DNA from: a virus
Virus record (IMG/VR): IMGVR_UViG_3300029258_003546
Coordinates: 16,000-79,999 of that record
DNA length: 64,000 bases
Reading direction: 5' to 3' (one strand)
Below are positions 8,238 through 18,391 of the stretch, piece by piece (the stretch's first letter is position 1; each line of letters begins with the position of its first letter). The translations under genes were made by a program, and so were the position numbers. The notes beneath the pieces are model-generated. The model had not been told where the DNA came from. It saw nothing but the letters and a program-made list of their open reading frames with translations, and ran no database searches.

Positions 8238-8871
8238 CGATGAAAGCGTCCAGCTGCTGCTGTTCGTCTTTAAGGGACAGCTTGGATAGTTGATCTGCCA
8301 GCCTGTGCATTCCTGCTGTTACTATGCCGTCTATGTCTTTTGACGTTTCAATTGACTTTTCACGTACGGCAACAGCTACTTCTGGAAAGTTAGCTGATAT
8401 CTGATATCCACTCACATCTACTAGTTCAGGGTCAGCAAAGTTGAGTGTTTCAGGCGCGTCGTCAGCGCCGGACAGAGACAGGACAAGACCTGTATATCGT
8501 TGGATCTCGTCGCTGAAGCCGTTTTCTGGCGGCCCGTCATTGAGCGCTACTTCTGTTACAGCCCAAGCGCATTCGTAGGGTGTAGCCGGATTGAACACGT
8601 TGAAGTCAACCGGGGTCGTTGCACTCAATGCGTTGCAGATATGAATATACGTATTGAGTGAGGTGTAGAACAGATCAGTACGGATAGCCGAGATCAGTGC
8701 CTGCAACTTTGAAAGACCAGGTTCCTCTAGTGGCACGCCGTACATGTGGGCAGCCTGCAGCTGGAATGTTTCCGGCTCCCACTCAAAGATCTCGGTTCCG
8801 TACTGGTCTAAGAACAGAAACAGCAGCGTTGTAGCGTACGTTTGCGGGTCTTCGATTAGTTGTCTGCTCAT
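8218..8871 (-). CDS. Hypothetical phage protein
   Basis: 217 aa; coupled to the 8868-9899 gene. Confidence 0.8.
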   Translation of the reverse strand: MSRQLIEDPQTYATTLLFLFLDQYGTEIFEWEPETFQLQAAHMYGVPLEEPGLSKLQALISAIRTDLFYTSLNTYIHICNALSATTPVDFNVFNPATPYECAWAVTEVALNDGPPENGFSDEIQRYTGLVLSLSGADDAPETLNFADPELVDVSGYQISANFPEVAVAVREKSIETSKDIDGIVTAGMHRLADQLSKLSLKDEQQQLDAFIASVKTR

Positions 8872-9899
8872 GCTATAGCGGTAACGTTTGAGTCGCGGAG
8901 CAGCATAGTCACAAAGTTGGAAACGTCGACTGGTGCGTCCTTCATGTGGTCAAAGGCCGCCTTCTTATCGACATGGGTGGCTAGTGTGTTTGCTATAGCC
9001 GGAACCTGCTTCCATAGGTTTGCAGGCACATTAACCAGATCGGCTATGTCGTATGTCTGGCCATTGCTAAAGGTAACGAATCTGTCCTGTGCTGACTTAG
9101 CTATGCTGTACGTTAGAGAATGCAGCTCGTCTTCAGGGAGCTTCTGCAGATAGCAGTCGTACTTGGAACAGACAGCATCTGCTATTTTCACTAGCCTGGA
9201 CATAAGCTTGGCAGAGGGCTTGATATTCTCCAGCGCCTGTGCCAGCTTTTGAAGGCTGGTTCGCTCGTCATCACTGAGAACCGGCACCGTTGATAGCCTG
9301 GTTAAATAGCTGGCGGCCTTGTGCACATCGGAAATACCATAGCCCGCCGAGCGCTCCAGACACAGCTGCTCGTGCTCCTGCAAGCGCACGCTGGCAGCGT
9401 CAGCTTTCTTGAGAATAGCGGTCGCGGCTGCACGTCTGTACTGCAGCGGCAAGCGCTCTCGACTCGCTGCGAATTCGGCTGCGGCGGTCTTGATCTGATC
9501 GTCGCTTACCAGCGGCCACACCCGCAGTTTTCGATCTGCGCCCTGTGTAAGGATCAAGGCAAAATCGTCGTCATCTGGATCCGGCACTGTCTCATCCAGA
9601 GCTGCTTTTACGTCCTCACTACTGAAGCTCCAGTAATCAGCCCACTTAGTCAGATTAGATTCTGCAACTTGTTGTTCAGCTGGAGCCAGGCTGTCTTTCT
9701 GTCTATAATAGTAGACATGGCTAATCCAGCAGGCTGCTTTAGTATGGCACGGGAACAGGCCAACGCCCGGCAATGCGCAATAACGAGTGGGCTGTCTGAT
9801 CTCATCAGTGCTGGACGCTTTGACAAAATCCGGCATCTTTATGCCAGAATTGATCAAAAGGCGCAGATTGTCATCTGTAAAGTCTACTACTCTGTCCAT
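8868..9899 (-). CDS. Hypothetical phage protein, possibly virion-associated
   Basis: 343 aa with recurring K-x-A motifs (KTAA, KKAD, HKAA, KIAD, KSAQ, KKAA). Confidence 0.75.
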   Translation of the reverse strand: MDRVVDFTDDNLRLLINSGIKMPDFVKASSTDEIRQPTRYCALPGVGLFPCHTKAACWISHVYYYRQKDSLAPAEQQVAESNLTKWADYWSFSSEDVKAALDETVPDPDDDDFALILTQGADRKLRVWPLVSDDQIKTAAAEFAASRERLPLQYRRAAATAILKKADAASVRLQEHEQLCLERSAGYGISDVHKAASYLTRLSTVPVLSDDERTSLQKLAQALENIKPSAKLMSRLVKIADAVCSKYDCYLQKLPEDELHSLTYSIAKSAQDRFVTFSNGQTYDIADLVNVPANLWKQVPAIANTLATHVDKKAAFDHMKDAPVDVSNFVTMLLRDSNVTAIA

Positions 9900-9911
9900 T
9901 GAGGGACCTCC

Positions 9912-12377
9912 GTGTTTGACTCACAAGTCTTGATGCTACTCGATATATCATACCAACCTTCCAGCGGATTTTCCATCTTATGTCCGCTTTGTCAAGGTAC
10001 AGGTTGGGTAGGTGTATCAGAATATGGAACGTACTTCAGCTGCTATCAGTGCGGCTTCAGCGGCGACATGTGCCAGCTGTTCGCCAAGGTCAACCGCATG
10101 CCGGTCACCAGAGCGGCTGCGTTGATAGCTGAGAAGCTGGAATTGTCACAGCCTTCTGATGACGAACTAGACGAATACGTACGTAAGATGCTCAGCAGAA
10201 ACATAGTACGGCGCTGGTGGCGCGAAAGAGCAGAGCATCTGGAGCGCGGTAATTGGAAAGTGTTAGAGCATCTAGGCTTACAACAACCAAGCTACAGCGA
10301 TAGTTGGGCCGCCACAATGGGCAGATTTGCAGGCTTGATGCCTGCGAGTGTGCTGGAAACTTTAGGAGGAAAGCCCAGATCCGAGTGGTATGGTGTTGTG
10401 CCTTATTTTGGAGCTCCGGGACTTATAACCAGCTTGGATCTATGGAACGGAGACAGCTGGAGCAGTCTAAAGCTGGAATCGGGAGATCAAGGTCTGGCAT
10501 TTGTGCCCAGGTCGTGTCTACATCAGAAGCTTCTGTGCCTGAGCTCTATAGAGCGCGCCTGCGTGCTGTACCAGGACAACTTTGCGGTATCTACAGCCTA
10601 TCTGCCTTTAGTCGTGATGGGGCCTAGAACAGGCTACTGGGGCTGGATGAACAGGCCTGTTGTTTTCGTGTATACAGGCTCGCTGGATACGTACAGACGC
10701 GCCAGAAAACTGAATACGCTGGTTACAGGAGCGGCGCCATCATCCGGCCTTGCCTCCGAAGTCGTAGTAAAACAGGCGCTGTGCAAGGCTAAGCACTGGC
10801 TTTGGGATTTGGGCGACCGCATGGCGAACTGGAGCACGCAACGCGCTGTTGGCGCCTTAAACGATTTGGATCTGACAGAGCTCGAAAAGGAGCAGATGCT
10901 AGGTTCAGTAAGCCCCGCAAAACGAACCCGGCTGAGCAGCGCTGTATACGCTAAAAGCGCGCTCCGCGGCATCGTCCTGGCGGGCCGCCGTGTGACCGAA
11001 GATTTCGATGGTTGGCACGTAAAGGATGAGCTGATATCGAACGTCGCTTTCCGCATAAAGACGGTCCGGATCGACGATGAAGATTTTCGCTTGTCATGCG
11101 CCTGCAGAATGCGAAATTTCACATTCGATATCAGCCTTACACGTAAGGAGATGTCGTCGGCAGCTAGACTTCAGCGCAGGTTGCTAGAGCGTATTTGCGA
11201 GGAGGGTAAAAACTATCTGCCAGTCTTTTCATCTACCTGGGTACCAAAATTTTATGATATCGCTGTAAGATTCAAAGAGCCGATAGTCCAAACGCAAAGC
11301 CAGGTGTTAGGCTGGAATACTGCATTTACTCGGTATCATATGCCAGCGTACACGGTAGGCGGAGGGGAGGCGTGCGCCAACGAGACGCGTCATACGTCCA
11401 AGCGTATAGTGACTACCAAATTCTGCCCTCTGACTACGAAGCAACTTCATGTATTGAACGCCGATACGTATCTGGCTGCCGTAACGATGGCAGCTGTTGC
11501 TGTAGGCGCTGCTAATCCTGTAGCCAGAGCGTTGTCCAGGGAACCGGAGAATGTAGGCGTAGTGTGTAATTCGACCATATGGGAAACGATTCTGGGCACT
11601 TTGAAGTCCAATGCAGCCATCTTACGCAACTGTCCAACAGAAGCTTCTCAGCTGTTGACGTCTGGCGTTACGGTCGTAGCTGATCAGGATGACAGCATAG
11701 AGGAGTCAGGCTACATCTCATGCATCACGCCCATGAAAGCCGCCACCATTTTGCAGCCGAACTGGACGTTTGTTGTAATACCGTACAGGCAAATCTTGTC
11801 CAGCGTAAAAGGACAGGTTACGTGGGTATCGGACTACATACGCAGATTCACGCAGACTCGTCAAGTGCCCAATGCAGTATGTCTAGTAGCAGGTCTAATA
11901 ACGGACGTATCAGAACACTGGAATTCTATCTACCCTTCTGATTGGAATATTCCCGCCGCTCTAGCCCGCAGCTTTGTTGAGCAGCAAGTGTACAAGGCTC
12001 CGCTGTGTGACAAGTTTGTAGGCATGGTAGGCGCGCTAGTATCGTCTCTGTCTGATACTACATGTGCTCTGTCTCCTATACGACGCAGGGAGCAGTATGT
12101 GCATGTCGACTACAGGAAACTGCTAGCACTAGCAAAATCAATGAGTCTGAATCTGACGGCTAACTTGGAATCCGTAGCCACATCATTTCAGCTAGACAGA
12201 GGTGTAGAAGCATTTTTGCAGCTAGACAAGTCGCCTACGATAGTGGTACCGTTGGCCGCCTGGGACGAGTATTACAACAAATGGGATGCTTGGAATACAG
12301 CTAGGAAAGAGCAGCTTAACCGTGCGTTGGGGCGATTGCTTCGGCTTCGCCACGAAGATCAGGCCAGTATCCGGTAA
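9912..12377 (+). CDS. Large protein with an N-terminal primase-type Zn finger
   Basis: CPLC...FSCYQCGFSGD at the N-terminus; 821 aa; no clear catalytic motif seen. Confidence 0.7.
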   Translation: MFDSQVLMLLDISYQPSSGFSILCPLCQGTGWVGVSEYGTYFSCYQCGFSGDMCQLFAKVNRMPVTRAAALIAEKLELSQPSDDELDEYVRKMLSRNIVRRWWRERAEHLERGNWKVLEHLGLQQPSYSDSWAATMGRFAGLMPASVLETLGGKPRSEWYGVVPYFGAPGLITSLDLWNGDSWSSLKLESGDQGLAFVPRSCLHQKLLCLSSIERACVLYQDNFAVSTAYLPLVVMGPRTGYWGWMNRPVVFVYTGSLDTYRRARKLNTLVTGAAPSSGLASEVVVKQALCKAKHWLWDLGDRMANWSTQRAVGALNDLDLTELEKEQMLGSVSPAKRTRLSSAVYAKSALRGIVLAGRRVTEDFDGWHVKDELISNVAFRIKTVRIDDEDFRLSCACRMRNFTFDISLTRKEMSSAARLQRRLLERICEEGKNYLPVFSSTWVPKFYDIAVRFKEPIVQTQSQVLGWNTAFTRYHMPAYTVGGGEACANETRHTSKRIVTTKFCPLTTKQLHVLNADTYLAAVTMAAVAVGAANPVARALSREPENVGVVCNSTIWETILGTLKSNAAILRNCPTEASQLLTSGVTVVADQDDSIEESGYISCITPMKAATILQPNWTFVVIPYRQILSSVKGQVTWVSDYIRRFTQTRQVPNAVCLVAGLITDVSEHWNSIYPSDWNIPAALARSFVEQQVYKAPLCDKFVGMVGALVSSLSDTTCALSPIRRREQYVHVDYRKLLALAKSMSLNLTANLESVATSFQLDRGVEAFLQLDKSPTIVVPLAAWDEYYNKWDAWNTARKEQLNRALGRLLRLRHEDQASIR

Positions 12378-14031
12378 CTCGGCATAGAGCTAATACACCT
12401 GTTACCACAGCATGAACGAAATCGTCAGGCACTTTAGGATTCCGCGCCATAATATACGTATCGCCGCGGCTGGGTGTATAGTGAGACTCTTCTCGCAACG
12501 ACAGAAAGTCCTGCAATAAAGGCTCGATCTTGCTCCAGTCAGGAAAGAGAATATAGCCGTTTTTTATTAGCCGTAATATATAACTGACAGCCCTGGTTTT
12601 GTCTGCTGAGTAGTAGTATCCCGGCCTAGTATTCGTAGGTGGGTGGACTACCAACAAGGCCCGTCCCGGCTCGGCGCGGGTATATCTGAAACTAAACAGC
12701 TCGTTCGGTCCCATATCAGCCACCTGCTTCAGATAGTCTTCTCGCAATATGCCGGCCTCGGCAAAGTCATGGGCTAGCAGCTCACAGCCCATAGTACGTT
12801 TCAGCCAGGCTACACGTTTGGCTTCGTCCTCAATGGTAGCGTGCAGAGGTACACGTTCGCCGTATAGTACATGGAAACGTCCGTGTTCCAACACTATCAG
12901 CGCCTGTGCTGTAGTTGACGACGTAAGATCTCCACGTCCGCTCCAGTCTACACCCAAGATAGCGTGCTGAGACTTGAAACGCTCGGCTTTTACCGCATCC
13001 AGGTTAGTAGTATCTACCGACAATGTACAGGCACGCACGAGCTCGCTGCGGGTAATAGGCTTGGATCCTACGTCGAACGTGATGCCCATACGTTCCTGAT
13101 AGAAACGTCTTGGCGCTTCTTCTTCATACGCCTCCATCAAACGCTTCCACTTGCGAGCACTGTTGCAGTGCAGCGGAACAACGGCTTGTGGTATATGCCA
13201 GCCAGCAAATTCATCGACTCTGTCAGGTCGCTGCGGCTGGAATTCGCCGCTGAATGTATCTAGCAGCTTGCCGCATTTTGCGCAGCTGAGGCCTCTTTTC
13301 TGCAGCATTCCTGTCAAATCTGCGTCCAGGGTGGGGATATTATAATGTCCGCAGCTGCAAGGTATGGCCCACTCGTATTGACAGCTCTTGTTCCATAGAA
13401 GGTCAATGAAGTTGTCTTCGGTAGACGCGGTGCCGGTGAACACTGCAATCTCGTATTTTGAAGCATCCATACAACGAGCTATAACGGGGAAGAAATCAGG
13501 ATCAAATAGCTGGCACTCGTCAACGAACGTAATATCGGCCGAGATCCCTCGGATGCGGTCTGGATCGTCTGATGCATAGGACAGATGCAGTAGTGATCCG
13601 TTCGTGAAGTTCTTCTGGAATACTCCAGAAGTGTTTTCAAGGTACGATCTAAGCTCTGACGAGCGATAGATGAACGGTCGTAAATGGTTATTGCTGAAAC
13701 GTTTAGCCGCTCGTTCTGCGGGCTGTAGAAATAAGCTGTTAAAGAACGGAATGTAGATCGAGTAGCACAGTCCTCTAGCTGCTATAGAAGTAGTCTTGCT
13801 GACTTGTCTGCCGCACATCCACACCTCATACGCAGGCGGAGTAAACGAATACATGGGTTTCATCATAGGATAGTCGTCTATGGATAACGGCAGATTTTTC
13901 AACGTAAACAGACTGCTCAGCGCCGGCTCAAACGACTGCGCCTCTTTCATGCGTCTGAGAGCTGCTTTCTGAGCCGCGCCCAGCAGATCTGTATCTGCGT
14001 TTGTTGTGTCTGTACGCGCTGTTTCTGGCAC
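12316..14031 (-). CDS. terL: Terminase large subunit (GpA-like)
   Basis: GRQVSKTT Walker A; IRGISAD..FVDECQ Walker B; CSC..CAKC Zn motif; GVDWSG and PDDFVHA nuclease motifs. Confidence 0.85.
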   Translation of the reverse strand: MPETARTDTTNADTDLLGAAQKAALRRMKEAQSFEPALSSLFTLKNLPLSIDDYPMMKPMYSFTPPAYEVWMCGRQVSKTTSIAARGLCYSIYIPFFNSLFLQPAERAAKRFSNNHLRPFIYRSSELRSYLENTSGVFQKNFTNGSLLHLSYASDDPDRIRGISADITFVDECQLFDPDFFPVIARCMDASKYEIAVFTGTASTEDNFIDLLWNKSCQYEWAIPCSCGHYNIPTLDADLTGMLQKRGLSCAKCGKLLDTFSGEFQPQRPDRVDEFAGWHIPQAVVPLHCNSARKWKRLMEAYEEEAPRRFYQERMGITFDVGSKPITRSELVRACTLSVDTTNLDAVKAERFKSQHAILGVDWSGRGDLTSSTTAQALIVLEHGRFHVLYGERVPLHATIEDEAKRVAWLKRTMGCELLAHDFAEAGILREDYLKQVADMGPNELFSFRYTRAEPGRALLVVHPPTNTRPGYYYSADKTRAVSYILRLIKNGYILFPDWSKIEPLLQDFLSLREESHYTPSRGDTYIMARNPKVPDDFVHAVVTGVLALCRVTGYWPDLRGEAEAIAPTHG

Positions 14032-14138
14032 CTAAACCAGGATAAGCGACTATAGACGCTGTGTCAATCCACTCGATTGTGTCGAGCTGGAGACTCGTTT
14101 ACCTTTGTAGAGGTATACAATATGATTTTTATTCTAAG

Positions 14139-14318
14139 ATGGCAAAGAAAGGTCCGTTTGGCGTACTGGAGAGTTACGTAGCAGTATATGTTGTAGGTGC
14201 TATAATAGTGTTTTGGATCGTACAGCCGTACCTGGAAGGCCTGATAGCGCTAGCGCTGTTGATAGGTGTTCTAGTCCTAGTAAGAAAGATTCTGGAGGCG
14301 TCGAATGAGCGTAAGTAG
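14139..14318 (+). CDS. Small membrane protein (2 TM)
   Basis: Two hydrophobic helices. Confidence 0.55.
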   Translation: MAKKGPFGVLESYVAVYVVGAIIVFWIVQPYLEGLIALALLIGVLVLVRKILEASNERK

Positions 14319-14478
14319 AGATTCTAGACATTACGTACGAAATTCGGTAATCAGAGCTACCCGTACGGTAAGCAGATTTATGCGACGTAGACTGCGACTT
14401 CATGACAAGCCTGTGACGCACGATCCGCACGATCTGACGCCGGATCGCGCGACGAAAATGGAGGACGAAGTAGAATGA
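14305..14478 (+). CDS. Hypothetical 57-aa protein (not in the ORF track)
   Basis: MSVSRDSRHYVRN...EDEVE*; SD ggagg; stop overlaps the next ATG. Confidence 0.45.
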   Translation: MSVSRDSRHYVRNSVIRATRTVSRFMRRRLRLHDKPVTHDPHDLTPDRATKMEDEVE

Positions 14479-14774
14479 GCTGGGGAACGGTGCTCTGGTG
14501 GTCTATTATTCTGGCCGTTGCCAATGCGGCTATCGTCAAGACCCTTTACGAAGGATCGATATTCGAGCGCCCAAAAGACTGGTTAGCTTCTAAGTCAGAA
14601 CGGGGTGGATGGTTGGCTCATATGATTTTGGAGTGGTGGGGTTGCGCCTACTGTATAAGTCATTGGACAGCAGCAGTATTGTGTGCCTGGGTAGTATATT
14701 TCAAAGCTTTCCCCTGGTGGTCGTTTCCTGTCATGTTGCTGATAGTTATACGAATTAGTAATCTAGATCTGTAG
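14475..14774 (+). CDS. DUF1360-like membrane protein
   Basis: SIFERPKDWL...GCAYCISHW motif plus TM helices. Confidence 0.55.
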   Translation: MSWGTVLWWSIILAVANAAIVKTLYEGSIFERPKDWLASKSERGGWLAHMILEWWGCAYCISHWTAAVLCAWVVYFKAFPWWSFPVMLLIVIRISNLDL

Positions 14775-14843
14775 CAATCGCGTTGTACGCGATAATCCTT
14801 GGCTGTGTCCGCAGGCACAGCATCATCTGGAGGCGCAGAATCG

Positions 14844-15077
14844 ATGATTCAGGCGTATGCAATAGGCGGACGAGTTTCCATGCCGGCCTTCCGCTTTCAG
14901 AGTACCAGCAGAAGCGGCGGCGGCCGCTGTACAGAAAGCCTAGTATTTCTGTTTAGAGGCCGATCATATAGTACTAGTACGGGGCTTAGGATAGGTTCGA
15001 TGTCACAGGGGCGGCGCAGGTTTTACCATACTTCTGCTTCTAGAGATTCTGTTGGTCGCGTATACAAATCTCTGTAA
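14844..15077 (+). CDS. Small Ser/Arg-rich family protein
   Basis: SD ggagg; STSRSGG and SYSTSTG motifs. Confidence 0.55.
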   Translation: MIQAYAIGGRVSMPAFRFQSTSRSGGGRCTESLVFLFRGRSYSTSTGLRIGSMSQGRRRFYHTSASRDSVGRVYKSL

Positions 15078-15095
15078 GTGCAGAGAGGAGCTACG

Positions 15096-15347
15096 ATGAG
15101 TGCGGTGTTTCTAGCTACGCCCTATACTTTTCACTGTAGAAGCGGTAGAAAAGTTCGCAGCACTTGCCTTGAAAGGGATAGAAGCTCATGCTTCTCAGGT
15201 GAGATACGCTTCACGCACGAGAGCGGTGAAATAAGATCGTTTACAGGGTACTATGACACTATATTCTCGAGCTACGAGGCGATATGCGCGTCGAGTCCTA
15301 CCGGTTCTTACATGCCCACGGTCAGAGACAGTAATCCCCGCCGATAG
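15096..15347 (+). CDS. Small Ser/Arg-rich family protein
   Basis: SD gaggag. Confidence 0.55.
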   Translation: MSAVFLATPYTFHCRSGRKVRSTCLERDRSSCFSGEIRFTHESGEIRSFTGYYDTIFSSYEAICASSPTGSYMPTVRDSNPRR

Positions 15348-15358
15348 AACGGAGGTGC

Positions 15359-15625
15359 GTGATGTATTTGTATGTTTCTGATAGAGTAGACGCATTTGGC
15401 TGCAAATGTTCCAGACAGTACAGAAGCTGCGCGCGAACCAGGCGCAGAATTGCTGCAGTAAGCAACGTCGGAATAATTTATGGCAGCGTTTCTGGTATTT
15501 CCAGGCGCCTCGGAAACGTTGTTCGTCGGGTAGCATACGCTGCCTATGTTCGCAATAATGCCGGTCGGAAATACCCTTGTTACGTTGCTGTCAGCTACAG
15601 TCAAACAAGCAAGGAGGTACGATGA
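15359..15625 (+). CDS. Small Ser/Arg/Tyr-rich family protein
   Basis: SD ggaggt. Confidence 0.55.
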   Translation: MMYLYVSDRVDAFGCKCSRQYRSCARTRRRIAAVSNVGIIYGSVSGISRRLGNVVRRVAYAAYVRNNAGRKYPCYVAVSYSQTSKEVR

Positions 15626-15846
15626 AGGTAAATAACGGAACACCTGTACGGATCCGGTGGCGCAGAAAGGCGAAGCCTAGATGGAACGGGCAGACTGGTG
15701 TTGTTAAAAAGGCGCACATAGGCCAGCCTGGTTCGAGAGTGCACCTGGTGCAGCTGAATAAACCGTTTCTTATGCCAACGGCAAAGAAGGGGATTAAAGA
15801 GCTGCTTATATCTGAGCGCGATTTGGAAATTCTGGAGGACGAATAG
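15622..15846 (+). CDS. Small SH3/KOW-like protein
   Basis: GTPVRI...NGQTGVV...HLVQL...SERDLEIL; SD aaggagg. Confidence 0.55.
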   Translation: MKVNNGTPVRIRWRRKAKPRWNGQTGVVKKAHIGQPGSRVHLVQLNKPFLMPTAKKGIKELLISERDLEILEDE

Positions 15847-15848
15847 CT

Positions 15849-16097
15849 ATGGCTATGTACGAGCCTGATAATGATCTTCACCTGTTCGTTGTGAAAGTAC
15901 AAGCCAAGTGGGATTACCTGACTGCGGTGGTGCGCGCTTCTGATTGTATCGCAGCAGAGCGGCTAGCTATAGATCTAGCTAAACAACAATGGTATGAAAT
16001 CGTATACAAGGACGGATTGGAAGTCACTGATTGTATAAAGCTGGATCCTGATGGTACAGCTGAAGTAGTACATGCTACGTGGTTCGCTGTGGGGTAG
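15849..16097 (+). CDS. Hypothetical protein
   Basis: 82 aa coupled ORF. Confidence 0.6.
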   Translation: MAMYEPDNDLHLFVVKVQAKWDYLTAVVRASDCIAAERLAIDLAKQQWYEIVYKDGLEVTDCIKLDPDGTAEVVHATWFAVG

Positions 16098-16122
16098 AGT
16101 CTGATTTAGGAGCCAGCCAGTA

Positions 16123-16329
16123 ATGGTCCACGCATGGTTTATTGCGTACAGATGGTATCAAAAGTCTCGTAGTGGGTGCTTCATCAGCCCAGCACTCCGC
16201 AGCGTGGCTGCTTCGCATGCTATGTATGGTCACAAGACGTCAAGTGGATGCTCTTCTGCTAGGCACAAATATATGGTGGTATCACAGTCAAAAAGCCGCA
16301 CACGCAGACGTGTGAGAAGCGAGAGCTAG
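16123..16329 (+). CDS. Small Ser/Arg-rich family protein
   Basis: MVHAWF leader; SD aggag. Confidence 0.55.
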   Translation: MVHAWFIAYRWYQKSRSGCFISPALRSVAASHAMYGHKTSSGCSSARHKYMVVSQSKSRTRRRVRSES

Positions 16330-16351
16330 ATGAATTTCGAAAGGATTCAAG

Positions 16352-16576
16352 ATGTTGTACGCGTGGACAGAGGTGCCTGTACGGCAGACGAGAACAAGCA
16401 GAACGCAAGGATTTCTCATAAGCAGCTCTCGTACACGAGTTTCTAGCTTATGCAGTTCCGGCACGAGGGGAAAGATTTCGGCATCCCTGTCAAGATATCA
16501 TTATGGGCCGGAATGGCTAAGCTATGTGGTTCGCAGTTCAACTGGCACGCTCTTATATAGCCAACGTACGCGATAG
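16352..16576 (+). CDS. Small Ser/Arg-rich family protein
   Basis: MLYAWT leader; 15 Ser, 10 Arg and 2 acidic residues in 74 aa. Confidence 0.55.
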   Translation: MLYAWTEVPVRQTRTSRTQGFLISSSRTRVSSLCSSGTRGKISASLSRYHYGPEWLSYVVRSSTGTLLYSQRTR

Positions 16577-16601
16577 GTGCTGTTCGAATAGGAGGGTGTG
16601 C

Positions 16602-16859
16602 ATGTGTATCGGCGTGCATCTTTCCAGGGGTCGGGTATCCCGCTGCTGCGGCCGCAGCGTGAGATATCTGAGCGCGTGTTTAGTCGATCGTAACGGCGTG
16701 GGCGGCGAAGTTTATCATCTTCGCATCAATAACAGCTGTAGCAGCTGTCAAGCAGGGCGCAGATGCCGCTCGTTTTCAACCGTAAACAGCACAGTAGCTG
16801 CTGGCTTGATACCGTACAGAGTACAAAGCTGGAGTCGAAGATACAGCGGACTGTACTAG
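16602..16859 (+). CDS. Small Ser/Arg/Cys-rich family protein
   Basis: SD aggagg. Confidence 0.55.
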   Translation: MCIGVHLSRGRVSRCCGRSVRYLSACLVDRNGVGGEVYHLRINNSCSSCQAGRRCRSFSTVNSTVAAGLIPYRVQSWSRRYSGLY

Positions 16860-16878
16860 GCTGGGGAAGGAGGAGTAT

Positions 16879-17109
16879 ATGTTTGTGCCGGGCCACCATC
16901 CTGTCGAAGGTGACTGGTCTTATTGCCTATTTACTCGCAGAAGAAAAGCATGGTGCAGCGTAATAAACAGGCCGGGCAGATCCAGAACGGGTAGCAGTCG
17001 CAGTGCCGGTAAAAGAAGATCGAAGACGTTGTCGGCATCAGACAGCGGAGCCTTGCGTACATGTAAACGCAGCTGGATCAGGTGCAGAGGCGGAATTTAC
17101 AGAGCTTGA
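16879..17109 (+). CDS. Small Ser/Arg-rich family protein
   Basis: SD aggagg. Confidence 0.55.
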   Translation: MFVPGHHPVEGDWSYCLFTRRRKAWCSVINRPGRSRTGSSRSAGKRRSKTLSASDSGALRTCKRSWIRCRGGIYRA

Positions 17110-17129
17110 GCTCGGGAGCAGCAGCAGCG

Positions 17130-17381
17130 ATGTATATGCAGACAGCTATGTACGGACGCGCAGCCATGTCTTGTCGTAGCATATCAGGACGGAACAGCAT
17201 TGTACGTAGCAAGGCAACAACAGGGAGCGGGAGTTTCAGATCAACTTGCTACGATCTATCTCGTACATACCCGGCCATATACAGCTCGGCTTGCCGCTCC
17301 CAGTACTGGCTCGGCTCGTTAGCAGATAAAAGAAACTGCAGCACAGTCGATCATACGTTGTCTCAACCAGCAAGGAGTTAA
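17130..17381 (+). CDS. Small Ser/Arg/Tyr-rich family protein
   Basis: Composition; fills the gap before sbcD. Confidence 0.5.
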   Translation: MYMQTAMYGRAAMSCRSISGRNSIVRSKATTGSGSFRSTCYDLSRTYPAIYSSACRSQYWLGSLADKRNCSTVDHTLSQPARS

Positions 17382-17383
17382 AT

Positions 17384-18391
17384 ATGCGTGCGGTCGTAAC
17401 AGGCGACACACACTTGAATGCCAAGCCGTATAAAGCAGTCGAGAGTTTTTACGGCTTATGGCAAGCATTCCAAATCGCTCAGGCGCGTAATCTGCCATTA
17501 GTGCATCTGGGCGACATGTTTGACAGTACCAGACCTTCATCTTCTACATGTAGCGTGCTCCAGCGCGTGGCCAGGAACTTTGACTCAACTAAAATATTCT
17601 ATATTCTGGGCAACCACGACAAGACTGACAATCCGTGGCAGGAGACCATACTGAAAAATGCCGAGCATCTGCCGTCGAATGTGGGTCTTGACTATACATC
17701 TGAGCCTGACGAAGTGATACGATTCATTAAGACATCTGCGTGTCCGGTAGTTTGCGTACACGCGTTTATAGGCGATATTCTACCATCCAGCACGATCCCC
17801 ATAGAGAGCATAAGTCCTAGTCCAACAGTATTGTCGGGGCATTTTCATGTGCCGTGCCAGATAGAGGCGCCAGGAGCCAAGGTTGTCTATGTTGGTAGTT
17901 CCCATCAGGTTGTCAAATTCAGGGAACCAGAAGCCTCTTTTATAGCTCATCCGACGAACAACAAGCGCGTACTGGTCGTTGATTTTGAGACTGGCGAAAT
18001 GGAGGGGATAGAACTTCAAACACGTCAGTATGTGACGGTAATAGCGTTGGAAGATATAAAGGTACCGGATACTATAGGTGAGCCTGTTTCTCTACCGCCT
18101 GCGCTCAGTATATTGACCGGCGTCAAAGCTCTAAGACCGTTTGTACGGGTCGTCTACAGCGATAAGTATACGCCTGCTGATGTGCATGATCTATTTGATG
18201 AACGTCTCACAATACTGGAAACGATGCCAGCGCCAGTATCAAAGAAAGCGGTTGATTCGGAATTCTGGTCGCTGGAAGACGTCTTGTGTGAGTATCTACC
18301 TGCTGGCGATGCTAGGTCCTTTGTGGAAAGCCTGGTGCAAAATCCGGAGGATGCGGTAAGTGATCTGCGTAAACAGTTTGAAGTTGACTAA
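17384..18391 (+). CDS. SbcD/Mre11-like metallophosphoesterase nuclease
   Basis: GDTH, HLGDMFD, LGNHD, SGHFH, YVGS motifs. Confidence 0.9.
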   Translation: MRAVVTGDTHLNAKPYKAVESFYGLWQAFQIAQARNLPLVHLGDMFDSTRPSSSTCSVLQRVARNFDSTKIFYILGNHDKTDNPWQETILKNAEHLPSNVGLDYTSEPDEVIRFIKTSACPVVCVHAFIGDILPSSTIPIESISPSPTVLSGHFHVPCQIEAPGAKVVYVGSSHQVVKFREPEASFIAHPTNNKRVLVVDFETGEMEGIELQTRQYVTVIALEDIKVPDTIGEPVSLPPALSILTGVKALRPFVRVVYSDKYTPADVHDLFDERLTILETMPAPVSKKAVDSEFWSLEDVLCEYLPAGDARSFVESLVQNPEDAVSDLRKQFEVD

